From assembly GCA_047495785.1 (NCBI GenBank), contig JBLDXI010000007.1, positions 4,030,001 through 4,094,000 of the forward strand: a stretch of DNA of 64,000 nt, written 5' to 3'. Positions within the stretch are counted from its first letter, which is position 1, and each line of letters opens with the position of its first letter. Shown here one piece after another: positions 9,489 through 22,368 of this stretch. The translations under genes and the position numbers were made by a program. The notes beneath the pieces were generated by a model that was given only the letters and a program-made list of their open reading frames with translations, was not told the origin of the DNA and searched no databases. This stretch comes from Lepidodermella squamata (Eukaryota > Animalia > Gastrotricha).

Positions 9489-11024
9489 ATGAACTCACTG
9501 GTAGTTTTAGGCTGTTTTTTGCTGGTGCACTTTGCTTGCTGCGCCGTCGAAATAACTGGTCCTGGGCTTTCTCGGTTTTTCGAAGTGCCCACTAGATACT
9601 TTTACTTGTCAATAAATGAAGACGGGCGTAACTTGACCTTCCGTGATTTCGCGAAAGGGGACCTCAAAGTCTGGCTTATGCCCATCGAGAGCGAGGGAAT
9701 GAAGCCTAAACGTTTACGCGCTACTGCTGATTTGATCTCTACGTCAGATTATACTGGCGTCGTGCGTTTCCGACTATTTGAAACCGCTCCTCTTGGCGTG
9801 AATGTCCACCTCACTTGGAAGACGGCAAAAGGTGACGAAGAATTGAAGGAATCTCCCATAAAAATCAGAGGGCCGCTATATCATGATGAATGCTACTGTC
9901 CGTTCTCCGACATGGAAAAGTGGTTCAAAGCTTTGGAGTGCCCAAATCCGCGATCAGCTGAAAATGAGTTTTACTCTCAGCTTTTCAAAGACTTGGCAGT
10001 TTTCGGCTCAATTAATATGACTGAAGTCATCAAAGAAACTGTCGAACGCCTTGGAAAGTCGCGCTATACCCACAGCTTTTGCCATTACGCTGTATTGGAT
10101 AATAAAGTCTACCGAAAGTGCTATGGCGAGCATGTTGGATTCAACATGTTTACGGACGCTTACCTTCTCGCACTCACCAGACGTGTCCGTCTACCTGATC
10201 TTTCTTTTATATCGAATCTGGGCGATTGGCCGTTGTCTCAGCTGAACATAAAGCCTCATTTACCAATAATTTCGTGGTGCGGATCTGCTTCAACTGCTGA
10301 TATTATTCTTCCTACTTATGATATTACCGAAGCTACCCTTCAAATGATGGGCAGAGTTTCTCTGGACATGATATCTGTTCGTGGGAACACTGGGCCAGCA
10401 TGGCATGATAAGGAGACTAAAGCTTTCTGGCGTGGACGAGATAGTAGGCAGGAAAGATTGGATTTAGTGAGATTCTCGCGTCTCAATCCAGAACTACTCG
10501 ACGCTAATTTGACCCATATATTCTTCTTCCGAGACAAGCTGTCTGAATTTGAACCTCTTGCGAAAACTGTTTCATTTTACGAGTTTTTCAAGTACAAATA
10601 CCAAATTAATGTCGACGGAACAGTTGCTGCTTATCGCTTGCCTTATCTGCTGTCTGGTGATTCCGTTGTATTCAAACAAGAATCTGAATATTACGAACAT
10701 TTCTACCATCGATTGAAGCCCTTTGTCCATTACATTCCGTTGAAGCACGATTTGAGTGACCTCAGAGAAATGCTGGAATGGGCTAAGACTCACGAGGAAG
10801 AAGCTCAACAAATTGCGAGAAATGCTCAATTGTTCGCTTGGGAAAACTTGCTACCTCATCACATTCTCTGCTATCACGGTGCTTTATTCGAAGAATACGC
10901 GAAGATTCAGCTTGTCAATCCTGATGAAGATATAATTAAAGAAATGGAGCTTGTTGAACAACCTAAGTCAGACTGCCAGTGCTTGCGAGACGGTGCTAAA
11001 CCGAAACAACGAGTTGACTTGTAA
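9489..11024 (+). CDS. POGLUT2: Protein O-glucosyltransferase 2/3-like (KDELC, CAP10/GT90), intronless
   Basis: Signal peptide, filamin-like GPGL...PTRYFY region, NLGDWP, FWRGRDSRQERL, KYQINVDGTVAAYRLPYLL, C-terminal RVDL ER-retention-like signal. POGLUT2 vs POGLUT3 cannot be resolved. Confidence 0.9.
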   Translation: MNSLVVLGCFLLVHFACCAVEITGPGLSRFFEVPTRYFYLSINEDGRNLTFRDFAKGDLKVWLMPIESEGMKPKRLRATADLISTSDYTGVVRFRLFETAPLGVNVHLTWKTAKGDEELKESPIKIRGPLYHDECYCPFSDMEKWFKALECPNPRSAENEFYSQLFKDLAVFGSINMTEVIKETVERLGKSRYTHSFCHYAVLDNKVYRKCYGEHVGFNMFTDAYLLALTRRVRLPDLSFISNLGDWPLSQLNIKPHLPIISWCGSASTADIILPTYDITEATLQMMGRVSLDMISVRGNTGPAWHDKETKAFWRGRDSRQERLDLVRFSRLNPELLDANLTHIFFFRDKLSEFEPLAKTVSFYEFFKYKYQINVDGTVAAYRLPYLLSGDSVVFKQESEYYEHFYHRLKPFVHYIPLKHDLSDLREMLEWAKTHEEEAQQIARNAQLFAWENLLPHHILCYHGALFEEYAKIQLVNPDEDIIKEMELVEQPKSDCQCLRDGAKPKQRVDL

Positions 11025-11129
11025 ACTTTCGAAATTGTTTTCTACGATTTTTATTGTTGCCTCAATCAACGTATGCTGCTCAATTTAAATAAATTATCTC
11101 ACGTGTTATTTGTTTATTCTTTGTTTAGA

Positions 11130-12925
11130 ATGTTAACTCGTCGTTTTGTTCAGTCGTGTGTGAATAGGCGATATTTACACAGCTGTTTGGTTTTAAGAGT
11201 TGAATCGAAGCCTGAAACCGAAGAAGACCCAGATGCAATTCGAATCCGACCTACAAGACCCTGGAAACCTCGAAATTTGGCTTGGTACGAAGAAAAATTG
11301 ACAAAATTCGCAGAGAGCAAAAATGTAATAATTTGCGCTGTGATTTTTGCCTCGTTGAATTGATGATTTTTTACAGTTGGAGAGAGCGATTCATTTAGTC
11401 GAGAATGATATGGTCAAAATCGATCGGATTCAGCCTTCCTACTACATTTTACACAAATTAATTTCAATTTGCGCGCAAGCTGGATATGTCGAAAAAGCGT
11501 TTCATTTGTTTCAACAGGTTGGTTTGAATATCCGGAAGAAAATATTCTTAAATTACGGTTTGCAATAGATGAAAGCGTGTGGATTTGAGCCTAAAAGCAA
11601 GACGTATACGTCAATGTTCAACGTATGCGCGTCTAGTCCGAATAAGACCCTAGGTCTCGAGAAATCTCATCAACTTCGAAAGCAATTCCTCGATGAAATA
11701 GCTGAGAATAAGTTGGAAGATCTGAATATCACGACGTATAAATCGATGATAAAAGCTTTTGGCCGTTGTGGCGATTTGCACACGGCTTTCGCGGCGATGG
11801 ACGAAGCGCTGGAGCGATTTCAGACGCCAGATCGCGAGTGTTTTGCCGCTTTGCTACACGCGTGTATCGAGCAGAAACACTCGGGCTTTTACTACGCGAT
11901 GCGGACTTGGACGCAAATGGTTGAAATGGGCGTGAAACCGGACATTCGATTGATAGATCTCATGCTGAGAGCTGCTCGAGATTGCACGGCTGAAAAACCG
12001 AGTGAAAACCCGAAATATCTAGCGGAAAACCGACCAAAATTGCTGAATTCTGGCGAGAATTCCGAGAAAAATGCCCTGGAAATAACTTCTTTAATCACCC
12101 CAGACCAAAAATTGTCGGTTTTCGGTGGAGTTGGCGGCATTATTGAGAAATGCAAATCGCTAGATGAAAAGCCAAATTTGAAAACTTTCAGCTTACTTGC
12201 TCAAATGTGTTTGCCTGAAGATGAGCCAAAGTTGTTTGAGGCTGCTAAGGAGTTGGATATCAAGCTTGATGAGAATTTCTTCAACATGCTAGTCGCCAAA
12301 ATGAACAAGCAGCAACGATTCGAGGAAGCAAAAACGGTATAATAAAAATTTATTTAATTTGTTGAAATTCAAGCCAATTTAATTTTTCTAGATGGTCAGT
12401 GAGATGATGCCTCAACACAATCTTTCAGCCAATTTGCATACTTATGGCTCGTTGGCGATGGGCTGCTTCGACCTAGCCGCGGCCAAGGACCTCCTCGGTC
12501 AACTCGATAAGCGAAAACTCGTGCCATCGGTTGAGATTTTCAACATTCTGCTGTTCAATTCGAAAATGAATTTCAGCCTGAAAGAATTCCTTCTAGGCCA
12601 AATGTCATCACTGGGCGTTAAACCCAACAAAAACACGATTGTTTTGATTGAAAAGTCAATCGGATATGCGAAGAAGTTGGTGCTGAAGGATCAAGAGGCG
12701 GCTAACAGTGGCAATCCAGCCGATTTGAAGCGAAAACAATCGCTGAATAAGCGGTTTGATCGGTTCACAAAATTTTACATGGATTGGCTACGAAAAGCTC
12801 CTGTTGATTTGTCTTCGGAAAAAGATCCGTTCGAGCGATTCAAAAAGCCGAAATCAGCCGAAAAGATTGATGAGGATGGCGGTGAAGATAGGGCTTTCGA
12901 TTTTGTTGAAAACAAGAAAAAATAA
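11130..12925 (+). CDS. Mitochondrial pentatricopeptide-repeat protein, PTCD1-like; exons 11130-11324, 11377-11517, 11569-12336, 12392-12925
   Basis: Arg-rich presequence-like N-terminus; PPR motifs (TYTSMFNVCA, TYKSMIKAFGRCGD, MVEMGVKPD); GT-AG introns of 51-55 nt in phase 0. Confidence 0.8.
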
Positions 12926-13028
12926 CGATTTTTTACCCAGGATTATTTTTCGAAATTAGTCTGATTTTGCTCTCTCTTGTTTGAATAGAAATTTTATTGA
13001 CTGATTATTGCTATAAATTTGCGAAGTA

Positions 13029-16000
13029 ATGAGCGAGTTGCTGTTCGACGAAGGTGACATTACGTGTGTCGGCTTCAACCAGGACGGCACTTGTATCGCC
13101 GTCGGCACGAAAACCGGCTATTTTCTCTATGCAATCAACTCGCTTGATCGCCTCGAACTCGTCTATTCACAACGTAAGTCACAGCACGAAAAAAAACCGC
13201 AGACAATCGCACTTGAGTGCGCGCCAAATTTTAATTTATAAGCACTCAGTTTGAATTAGGGCAGACATCCTGTATTAATTTATTTTCGCCCTTGTGTTTG
13301 AATAACCATCCCCAACATTCTAAAAATGTGAAGGATTTAGTTTGAAACAGAAGATCCTATTTTGAGCGCGGCATTTTTAATTTATTCTCTATTTTTAATC
13401 GTTGGGCGAATGGCTACCAACATTAAATAGCCGAAATTATGGCGAAATTATTCGGATTGATTTAAATTAAATCATCAAAATCTTCGGTTTTCTGGTGAAA
13501 TTTTCTCCCATTTAACGCGTGTGCCCAGTAGACAGCCTAAAATTATAAAAAAATTATAAATTGCGGAGCAAATATTTAATTAATCATTTGATTTATTTTC
13601 GTGGAAAATTTGATATTTTAGAATTTCTAACTATTTCTTTATTATTTTTTGTGATTCTCATCGAGTTCTGAAATTTTCTACTGGTTTTTAAACTGGATTT
13701 TAAATTTTAAATTTGTTTTAGCTAACGAGCATGTCGTGCTTGTGGAGAGGCTGTTGTCGACGCGGCTCGTCGCGCTAGTCAACCAGCTGCAGGTGCGCAA
13801 AATGCGCGTGTGCTACCTGCAACACGGCACGGAGATCGTCAACTACTCGTACGCGAACTCGATCCTGGCGATCAAGATGAACCGCCAGCGGCTGGTCGTC
13901 TGCCTCGAGGAGTCCATTTTCATCCACAACATGACCGACATGAAGATCCTGCACACGATCCGCGACACGCCGCCCAACAAGCTCGGCCTCGTCGCGCTGT
14001 CGTGCGGCTCCACCGTCGACGCGGCGTCGCTGCTCGCCTACCCCGGCTCTAGTCAGACCGGCGAGGTGCAGGTCTTCGACACCATTTCCCTCGTAAGTTC
14101 ATCCATTTTTTGTTTGATACACCTATCTATCATGTCCTGTTGCCTTTTTCATAAAAACAAATATATTTTTTCTTTGAAAAATATTGTATACTGTCATATC
14201 TTAAACTTGGCAAAAAGTAGCCATTAAAGAGCCAATGAAGGGCTTCTTAAAGTGTTTTGAGCCGCTGAACCTTTCTTTTGGCTGTGAGATGCCTCAAAAT
14301 AACTAGTGACTTCGCGGCCTCCTGCTCCATTAAAAAATACCAAGATCTTGCGTGATCCTGCGTGGTCGTTCCAAAGATTTGACTACCTAGTTTGATATTC
14401 TAGGGTATGCTAATGAGGTGTCCAAATTTTCCCAAACCTTGTGCTATTTTAATAAAATCAAGGTAAAATTCGAAAATTATCAATTTTTGGCCACATATCG
14501 GAAGCGGCGCCCCCAGATGCCCTGAACGTTTCACAGAGTTAGCATTTTTTTCTGATTTTTAGAGTGGAAAACCATGCTTTTGCCCAAAATAACTGCTTTT
14601 ACGGTATTTTGAATTTCGATCAAATAAAATTGGGCGATTCTAGGGCGTGGATTTTTTTTGGATTTTTAGGTAATTTCTCTGGTCCACTCAAAAACTGCTG
14701 AATTTGGCAGTTGGCAGCTTGCATAAATTGCGGCCAAAGAAATTGAGTTATTCAGCATTTTCAAGTTTTTATTCAATGTCTAATTTTAGGTCAATTTCGT
14801 TGAAATTTTCGTCTCACCTTTGCTTTATTAATATTCTATTAGGTATCAAAAATATCCTCCGTACTCTAACTGTGCCGAATAGCACTCACAATTATGAAGC
14901 TTCTAGCTCGTTTCTAGCTTTTTTATTTCGTTTGATGATGTTTAATGCGTTTGCGCTGAGGCTTGGCTTCTAGCCGCGCAAGCACACGCCAGCCGCATTT
15001 ATTAATGAAACAATTATCCAGCTACATTTACACCTGAAAAGTTTATTAAATATCCCGTATTATATATAAGCACAGCATTTTTATTTTCCGCGAAATTAAT
15101 TAAAATTCGAATTTGGTGGAGTTTTTTTCCTAATAATTCTTATTAATTCCTCGATTTTACCAGATTTTCAAAATCTTCTCGTAATTTTTCCAATTTTTAT
15201 TTTTATCTTAGAGAGCTGTAGCGTCTGTACCGGCGCACAACAGCCCGCTGGCGGCTATCGCGTTCAACTCGGAGGCGACGCGCCTCGCGACCGCCAGCGA
15301 GAAAGGCACCGTCATCCGCGTGTTCTCGATCCCCGAGGGCCAGAAGGTGTTTGAGTTCCGCCGCGGCGTCAAGCGCAACGTCACCATCACGTGCCTGTCG
15401 TTCGTGCTCAACTCGTCGTTTCTGTGCGCCTCCTCCGACTGCGAGACCATCCACGTGTTCAAGCTGGACGAGGCGAAGGACGTGCCGTCGGTCGCCGCCG
15501 CCAGCCACCAGCAGTCGTGGGGCGCCTACCTCACGTCGATGGTCAAGCAAACCGCCGGCTATCTGCCGTCCAATTTCGGCGAGGTTCTCCACCAAGACCG
15601 CGCGTTTCTAACCGCGAAGTTGCAGCAAACTGCCGCGAAAACCTTCTGCACAGTTAACATGTAAGTCAAATTATTGCGCTCTATCGCAAAACTCTTTTGC
15701 CGATTCCATTCGCCTGAAATTACATATCCTACTCCAGCCGAAGATTTTGGCAAGATGAAAAAATTACAGCCCAAAATATGCAATTTTTCGCATTTTCCGT
15801 TTCTTGAAATCGGTACGAAAAAGCCTTCCCTCTCAATTTTTATTTTCTTGAAATTCTCGATTTCAAGCTATGAGCCACGCAAACAAAAAAATATACGGGG
15901 TAAAGGATCGGAAGTCCATGATGAAAGGCAAAGTCCCATTGACAGAAAAAGCTTTTAATCTGCCGGGAGAATGCGGCTACAAATTCCGGAGAATGAGGTT

Positions 16001-17254
16001 CAAAATTCTCCGGTTACTAAAATACGAAAATTTCCGGAATTGTTGGCATCGGAGTTTTCTGCGATAAATTTTTCATTATTTGAGGATGAAAATTCTTCCA
16101 CCAGGTTTAATTTGAAAAAAAACGAGTTAGTTAAATTTGCTGCAAGAACAAGCAAGATAAGAAAACGATTGGACAGCTCGTTGTTTGCGGCTGTTTTACG
16201 ATTTGACCTTGAAATTTGGAGTGAGATCCCATGCGTGAAAAATCTTGAGAACGCGTGGCAAGAAAACTATAGTTTTTTGCAGTCGTGTTTTATGGGTTCA
16301 AATACTCTGAAATCTATCTAATAAGATCGATACATTGAACCTCATTGTTATAAGACGAGGCTACCTTGATTCATCAGTATTTATCTGTTATTCAACTCCT
16401 TTGGCCACCGTATCACTCTCTTTACCTATTCTTTTATTGAAGGCAAGAGGGTATTTGCTCACACCTGGCCAAGTAATAGTAGTGCTGTAGTGTGTCACTG
16501 GTATTTTTTATTGATGAAAAATAATTGACCTTCTTTTGATCACGTGTAAAGAAGGCCTCCTTGTGTGCTATTCATCGTGTGGTATTTTTTCTACCAGAAT
16601 CGCGTGCCGGTTTTTTCGCCTCTTTGTACACTCCCTCCAATTCACTTGAAGAAAGAATTCAAGCTTTAATTTGAACTAATATTTGCTCATTATTCGGACA
16701 AGTGCCGAGTGCCCCTCATTATTCGCCCAGTCTTAGTATTTGAGATCGATCGCTATTTTTCAGCAATTTTGTTAAACCTCGAACATCACTTCTTAGCAAT
16801 ACTTTTATTTGAATTTGTGAATGTTTTTTCTAGAATTGATGGCTATCCGAGACTGGTTGTGCTCACCCAAACGGGTCACCTCTACTTTTTCAACTTCGAC
16901 CTGCATGACTTGAACCAGGACCCGAATGCCGGCGCTTCGGCGAGCGGCGGGCCGGTGGGGCCGGGCGGTGGCGAGTGCGCCTTCGTGAAAATGATCCGCC
17001 TTAACCGCGACTACACGCGCCGCCTGTCCTCGGCCAACCAGACCGCCTCGACTGCGACGGCGAGCGGCCCGGTCGACGTGCCGTCGAATCCGAACGCCAC
17101 TGGCCTAAATTTGCTGTCGACGACGCCGCCTGGAGCGGCCTCGGGCCAGGCGATGAACTCGCCGGGTCGCTCATTTCAGACGTACGCCTCGGCTGTGGTC
17201 GCGCCTGCTCACCAACAGCAAGGTTCCTCCGAGTCTTTCCGGCCCATGGACTAG
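13029..17254 (+). CDS. WIPI2: WIPI1/2 (Atg18) PROPPIN autophagy protein; exons 13029-13173, 13722-14092, 15212-15660, 16834-17254
   Basis: [57 protein letters not shown] phosphoinositide motif, ETIHVFKL; consistent splice phases. Confidence 0.9.
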
Positions 17255-17288
17255 AAAATTAATTCCTGTTTAAGAAAAATTTCTTATC

Positions 17289-17531
17289 GGGTCGTTTCGC
17301 ATGAAAAGGGATGGTGTCGAATTCGATAGCCACTTAAATTAAAAAATTAAAAAATTCGAATTAATTCAATTTAAATTTTTTGAATAGAAATGGTATTAAG
17401 AAAAAATATTTTCCTTTCAAATTAGTATTCATGAATTGAAATTTGAATTTTAAAAAATTCGAAATAATTAAAAAAATATTTCTGTAAAAAAATCGAATCC
17501 TTGCCATCGTTTTTTTCATGCGAAGTGAGCC
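17289..17531. mobile_element. Small MITE-like inverted-repeat element
   Basis: Imperfect TIRs GGGTCGTTTCGCATGAAAA...GATGG and CCATC...TTTTCATGCGAAGTGAGCC around an AT-rich core. Confidence 0.45.
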
Positions 17532-18895
17532 TTGAAAAATGCTCCAAAAATCAAATAAAAATATGGCTGAAATTTATGTGGAATATTTGTGAATTTAGCT
17601 ACTATACTACTAACTCATGGGTGCAAAGGATCCATTTGACAACAAGATAACAGCCTTGTTGAGCCGAGTCCTTACTAAAACGCGCGTTTTGTGTATTGCG
17701 ATTATTATCATCTCTCACTATGTGTAAACAGCCGACTGCTTCGATATTCTATGGTTTTTGTAACACGATAACGACATTTTAGGGGCAAAATTTTGATAAC
17801 AACAAGCCTCGCAAGATTTTCGGCCAATTCGGCGACCAAAAAACGCGGCAATTTTTTCTATTCAAGTATAATAATATTATTATCATGGCTGAGATGTTTA
17901 TATTATTCTTATATAAGCTATAAGTATGTGTTTTTGAAATGTTTATATTATCAAGTCGGCCTGGTTTTTGAAACGAAAAGGTCTTCGCTTCTCTGTCGTC
18001 TCATCTCTTGCAACTCTTAAATCGGTGTTTGTCTTCAACGAAGTCTCGACAATTTTTACGTTTTCTTGATCTATCTATCTTCTCTTTTGTTCGTTGAATG
18101 AATTACGAAAAATCGCGTCTCTTATCCCCAATTTTTTTGTTGTCCTTCTGCGAAAATTTAACGTCATAAATGACTGAAATGAGGAAAATCGAATGGCGGT
18201 GATGATATAAATCACGGAAGGCTTCCTAGTTCAACAAACAGATCAGTAATAATTCCGCGTTTATAATATACCAATAATTTAATAAAATCTGAAAATTTTA
18301 TAATTAATCATTTTTTCTCTATATTTTTAGATATTATGAGAATTATTTTCCAACAAAAAATCGGCATCTCCTGGTCCCAAAGACTTCCGACGTTCGAACG
18401 ACAGCACATATGAAAATCATTGAAGAAGCTCGCTTTGCGAGTCGTAAATTATCAAAGTAGAGCCGCATCTTTAAACTTGGAATTTTCTCGATATATTTTT
18501 TATTCCCAGATAAATAGTTGCTAATTTGTCCTAATTTTTAACCTACTGCTTTCCGAAGATGTTACATAGTTGAAGCAAAGTTAGATCGATAGCACTGAAA
18601 TCGAATTTTAATTTCAATCGAATCGATGCGAAAATTTTTCGAATTTTGTTTCCAGTTCGCTCCAGTTGTTATCGATTTTTTTTCGAATTTGTGTTGGGTG
18701 TTTTCTCGAGAGATGTATTTTTCGATTTTTTCTCAATTTCAAGTTACAAAATATTAGTTTTATTCCCGTAAAATTTGAAAATTCCAGCTTAGCCTGTTTT
18801 GAAATTTGAAAGTGATTTTTTTGATAAATTTTGTTTGGGATCTTTGCTTAGGGCTGTTTTTGAGTGTTGAATCGTATCATTCCGAAAAAATTCGA

Positions 18896-21800
18896 ATGAC
18901 GTCGAACGGATCGTCAAATGGCCACGCGAACGGCCACTCGAACGGCAACGGCCACAGCCACACGAACGGCTGTTCGAACGGCCACAACAGCAACGGTCAT
19001 CACCACGCCTCAGCCCCGCAGCCCGGCTCCGTGCTCTGCATGGGCAACGCCCTGCTGGACGTGACGTTCTTCAGCGACGCCGCTTTCCTGGAAGCGCACG
19101 GCCTGAAGGCGAACGACGCGTGCCTGCTGGAACAGGAGCGTTACCAGGCGATCCACAACGATTTGCTCGCCAAGTACAAGACGGAGGACTACGTGCCGGG
19201 CGGGGCGGCTCAAAATACAGCCCGAGCGACGCAGTGGTTACTAAAAGACCACCCAGGTAAACATAAGACTCATATTGTTGTAAATTGTAGTAAATTACAT
19301 GATCTTGAATATGCGAAAATTCGTAGTTCATGAATTTTTATGATTTTTTGAAATTATTGTACGTAAAATTTGATGGAAATTTTCAGGTCTAGCTCACTAT
19401 CTCTCAATTTTGGTACTTTTTCAACCAATATTCAGATTTTGCCTAAAATTGAAATTTTTATACTTGGGTAATACCTCCCTTGAGCGAAATTTTTCTAGTC
19501 CGTTGAAGCCCAGGATAATTCTTTGGGAGTTGAACGATTTAACTTCGTTCGAAATTTCCAAGTTTTTCGTTTTTCTGATATTTTTCATCAAATTAGGCTT
19601 GTTACAGCGTGTCCCGTAATTTGAAGAACCATTTATAATTGTGCAACTTTTTACTGGGAATTTGACTAGTTTTCGTGTTTCAGTTTCATAAAACATATCC
19701 GAAGAACGGCTTCCCTTTTATCCGCGATTTTACCGAAGATATTTTTAATTTACTAGTGGAAAACCGGAAAACCCCGATTTCGGTAATTTTACCCGGTCTG
19801 TCCAAATTTCTGCGTATTTTTAATCCCATTGGCTAGTGAAATTTGAAATCTCCACACATTTTTTGGTAATGAGATGGCCTCATAGACATAATATCAGTAT
19901 AGACTGACTACTCACGAGAAAAGGGGTGTAACGCCATGGGCACCAGATGGTCTGCTGATTCATCAATTTCTTGGAGGCCAAAAATCGAAAAATTCAAAAT
20001 TTCCTCCATCGATTTCTTGGCGATGAAAGGTCGCATCAGAAAGAACCAAGTGTCATCGAATAGGTCTTATCGAGAGGAACACGGTGCTATTTTTACTATA
20101 ATTTTAATGATAAAGGAACTGTTAAAAAATTAGGATAGCAGTTTTCATATTCAGAAATAAATCATGACAACTGCTTCGAAGAAAGTTAAATTGAAGGACT
20201 TTTTCAGGAGAGTAGATTCTTCATTTCAAGAGCTATCTTTTGATACTTGGAGCGAGCTTGGATGATTTTTTCCTGATTTTCTAGGAATTTTCAATGATTC
20301 CGTCGGGAAAAAACAAAGTAAAACCACCGACCGGTTGGAGGATTCAATGCTGAACCTTTGAGCAAAGCACGTGTGACGCACACACTTGGCGCAGTTAGAA
20401 GACGTTCAGAGCAGGGTCATTCTTAAAAATCAATACAAATATCATTGTTGGAGGTTTTCGAAAATCGCAGAAAATCAGGAAAAAATCATCCAAGTTCGCT
20501 CCAAGTATCAAAAGGTAGCTGTTGGAATGAAGAATCTACTCTCCTGAAAAAGTCCTTCAATTTAGCTTTCTTGGAATCAGTTTTCACGGTTTATTTCCGA
20601 ATGCGAAAAATTCTTTCCCAATTTTTGACCAGTTCTTTCATTATTAAAATTTTGAAAAAATACTACCGTGTTCCTCTTGAAGAGATCTATCAGATGACAT
20701 TTGGTTCTTTGTGATGCGACTTTTCATCGCCAAGAAATCGATGGAGGAAATTTTGAATTTTTCGATTTTTGGCCTCCAAGAAATTGATGAATCAGCAGAC
20801 CATCTGGCGCCCATGGCGTTACACCCCTTTTCTCGTAAGTAGTCAGTCTATACTGATATTATGTCTATGGATGGCCTCCTATTTTGATTTCGAGTCATCT
20901 CAGATTAAAAAAATTTCATTTGATCTCATGAGTGTCATTTCGCAATTCAAAAAAATAGAAGGATTCTGCTAAATTTATGAATAATCTCGAAATTTGGTTT
21001 TACACATTTATGATGTTTTCTAGGTACCGTAAACTATCTGGGCTCGTTGACGGACGACAACATCGGTTCGATCCTGAAAGAAAAAGCGAAAGAAGCGGGC
21101 GTGAACGGCATCTACCAGGTGCACAACGACGGCACGCCGACCGGCTGCTGCCTCGTCATCCTGTCGGACCACCACCGCTCGCTGGCGGCCTTCCTCGGCG
21201 CCGCACTCAAGTTCAACGAGCAGCACGTGAAGGAGAACTGGAAGGCGGTGGAGAAGGCGAAGATCGCCTACATCGAGGGCTTCTTCCTGTCCACCTGCTT
21301 CGAGGCGTGCATGCTCGTGGCGCGGCACATGGTCGAGCACGCGGACAAACGGCTTTTCCTCAACCTGTCCGCCGAGTTTGTGACGAAATTCCATAAGCAC
21401 ATGCTGCTCGAAATCATGCCCTACGTCGACTGTCTCTTCGGCAACGATACTGAGGCCTGTAAGTTCTAAATGCAACAATTGGCGGGAAATTTTGGACAGC
21501 ACCATGTTTTCGAGAATTAAAAATTACTCGCAATTCAGACATTTATGATATTCAGATCGGTAGAGTTAATTTCAATTTACTGCACATTTTTGAGATTTTA
21601 CAAATTTTACCTTATTTTTGGCAATTTAAAACACTTTGTCATAGAAATAATTTTGGAGGCCTGGAATTCATTCTAAGTCGACGGACGACATGGCTAGATA
21701 GGCTTTGAAAAATATTGCTTAATATTTTTATGAATAACACATCAATACGGAAACTATACGGGTAATTTTGCGTATAAATTGAGCTTAATATGAAATTTTC

Positions 21801-22368
21801 TTGATTTTTTTAAGCGTAAGAAATTGTGGTTTGAAAATAGAAAACCTCAAAATTAACTCAAAATTTGGGGAATCAATATTCAATATTCCATATTCTCGTC
21901 ATAAATTCACTGATTCACTGACATTGAATGCAAGTCCCAAAATGCAGGAATTTTTAAATCTTCGATTTTAATGGGGATTTTCGTTCTCATTTTCCAGTGT
22001 CTTTCGCCAACGAAATGGGCTTCGGCACTGATTTGGTCGAAGTGGCGAAGAAAATCGCAGGTATGGAGAAGAAGCGCGCCGACCCGCCGCGCATCGTCGT
22101 CATCACGTGCGGCGCCGAGCCGGTGATTGTCGCCGTCGGGCCCGACCACGTGTTCCGCTCGGACGTCGACAAGCTGCCGACGGAGGCGATCGTCGACACG
22201 AACGGCGCGGGCGACGCGTTCTGCGGCGGTTTCATCGCGCAACTCATCCGCGGCAAGTCGCTGCAGGAGGCGGCGCGAGCGGGCTCGAAAATGGCCAGCA
22301 TTGTCATCCAGCGGGTCGGCTGCACGTTCCCGGCCGAGCGTCCAGATCTGGAGCAATTGTGCAAATAG
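18896..22368 (+). CDS. ADK: Adenosine kinase paralog 1; exons 18896-19256, 21024-21458, 21998-22368
   Basis: MGNALLD, PGGAAQNTAR, TGCCLV, RSL, YIEGFFL, LNLSA, FGNDTE, DTNGAGDAF (PfkB signature); phase-1 introns join in frame. Confidence 0.9.
19881..20869. mobile_element. Non-autonomous DNA transposon, CATAG...CTATG family (P-like or hAT), foldback structure, in ADK1 intron 1
   Basis: TIR CATAGACATAATATCAGTATAGACTGACTAC; long inverted arms; 8-bp TSD GATGGCCT (19873-19880, 20870-20877). It is nested in a Tc1-like MITE starting about 19605. Confidence 0.9.
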
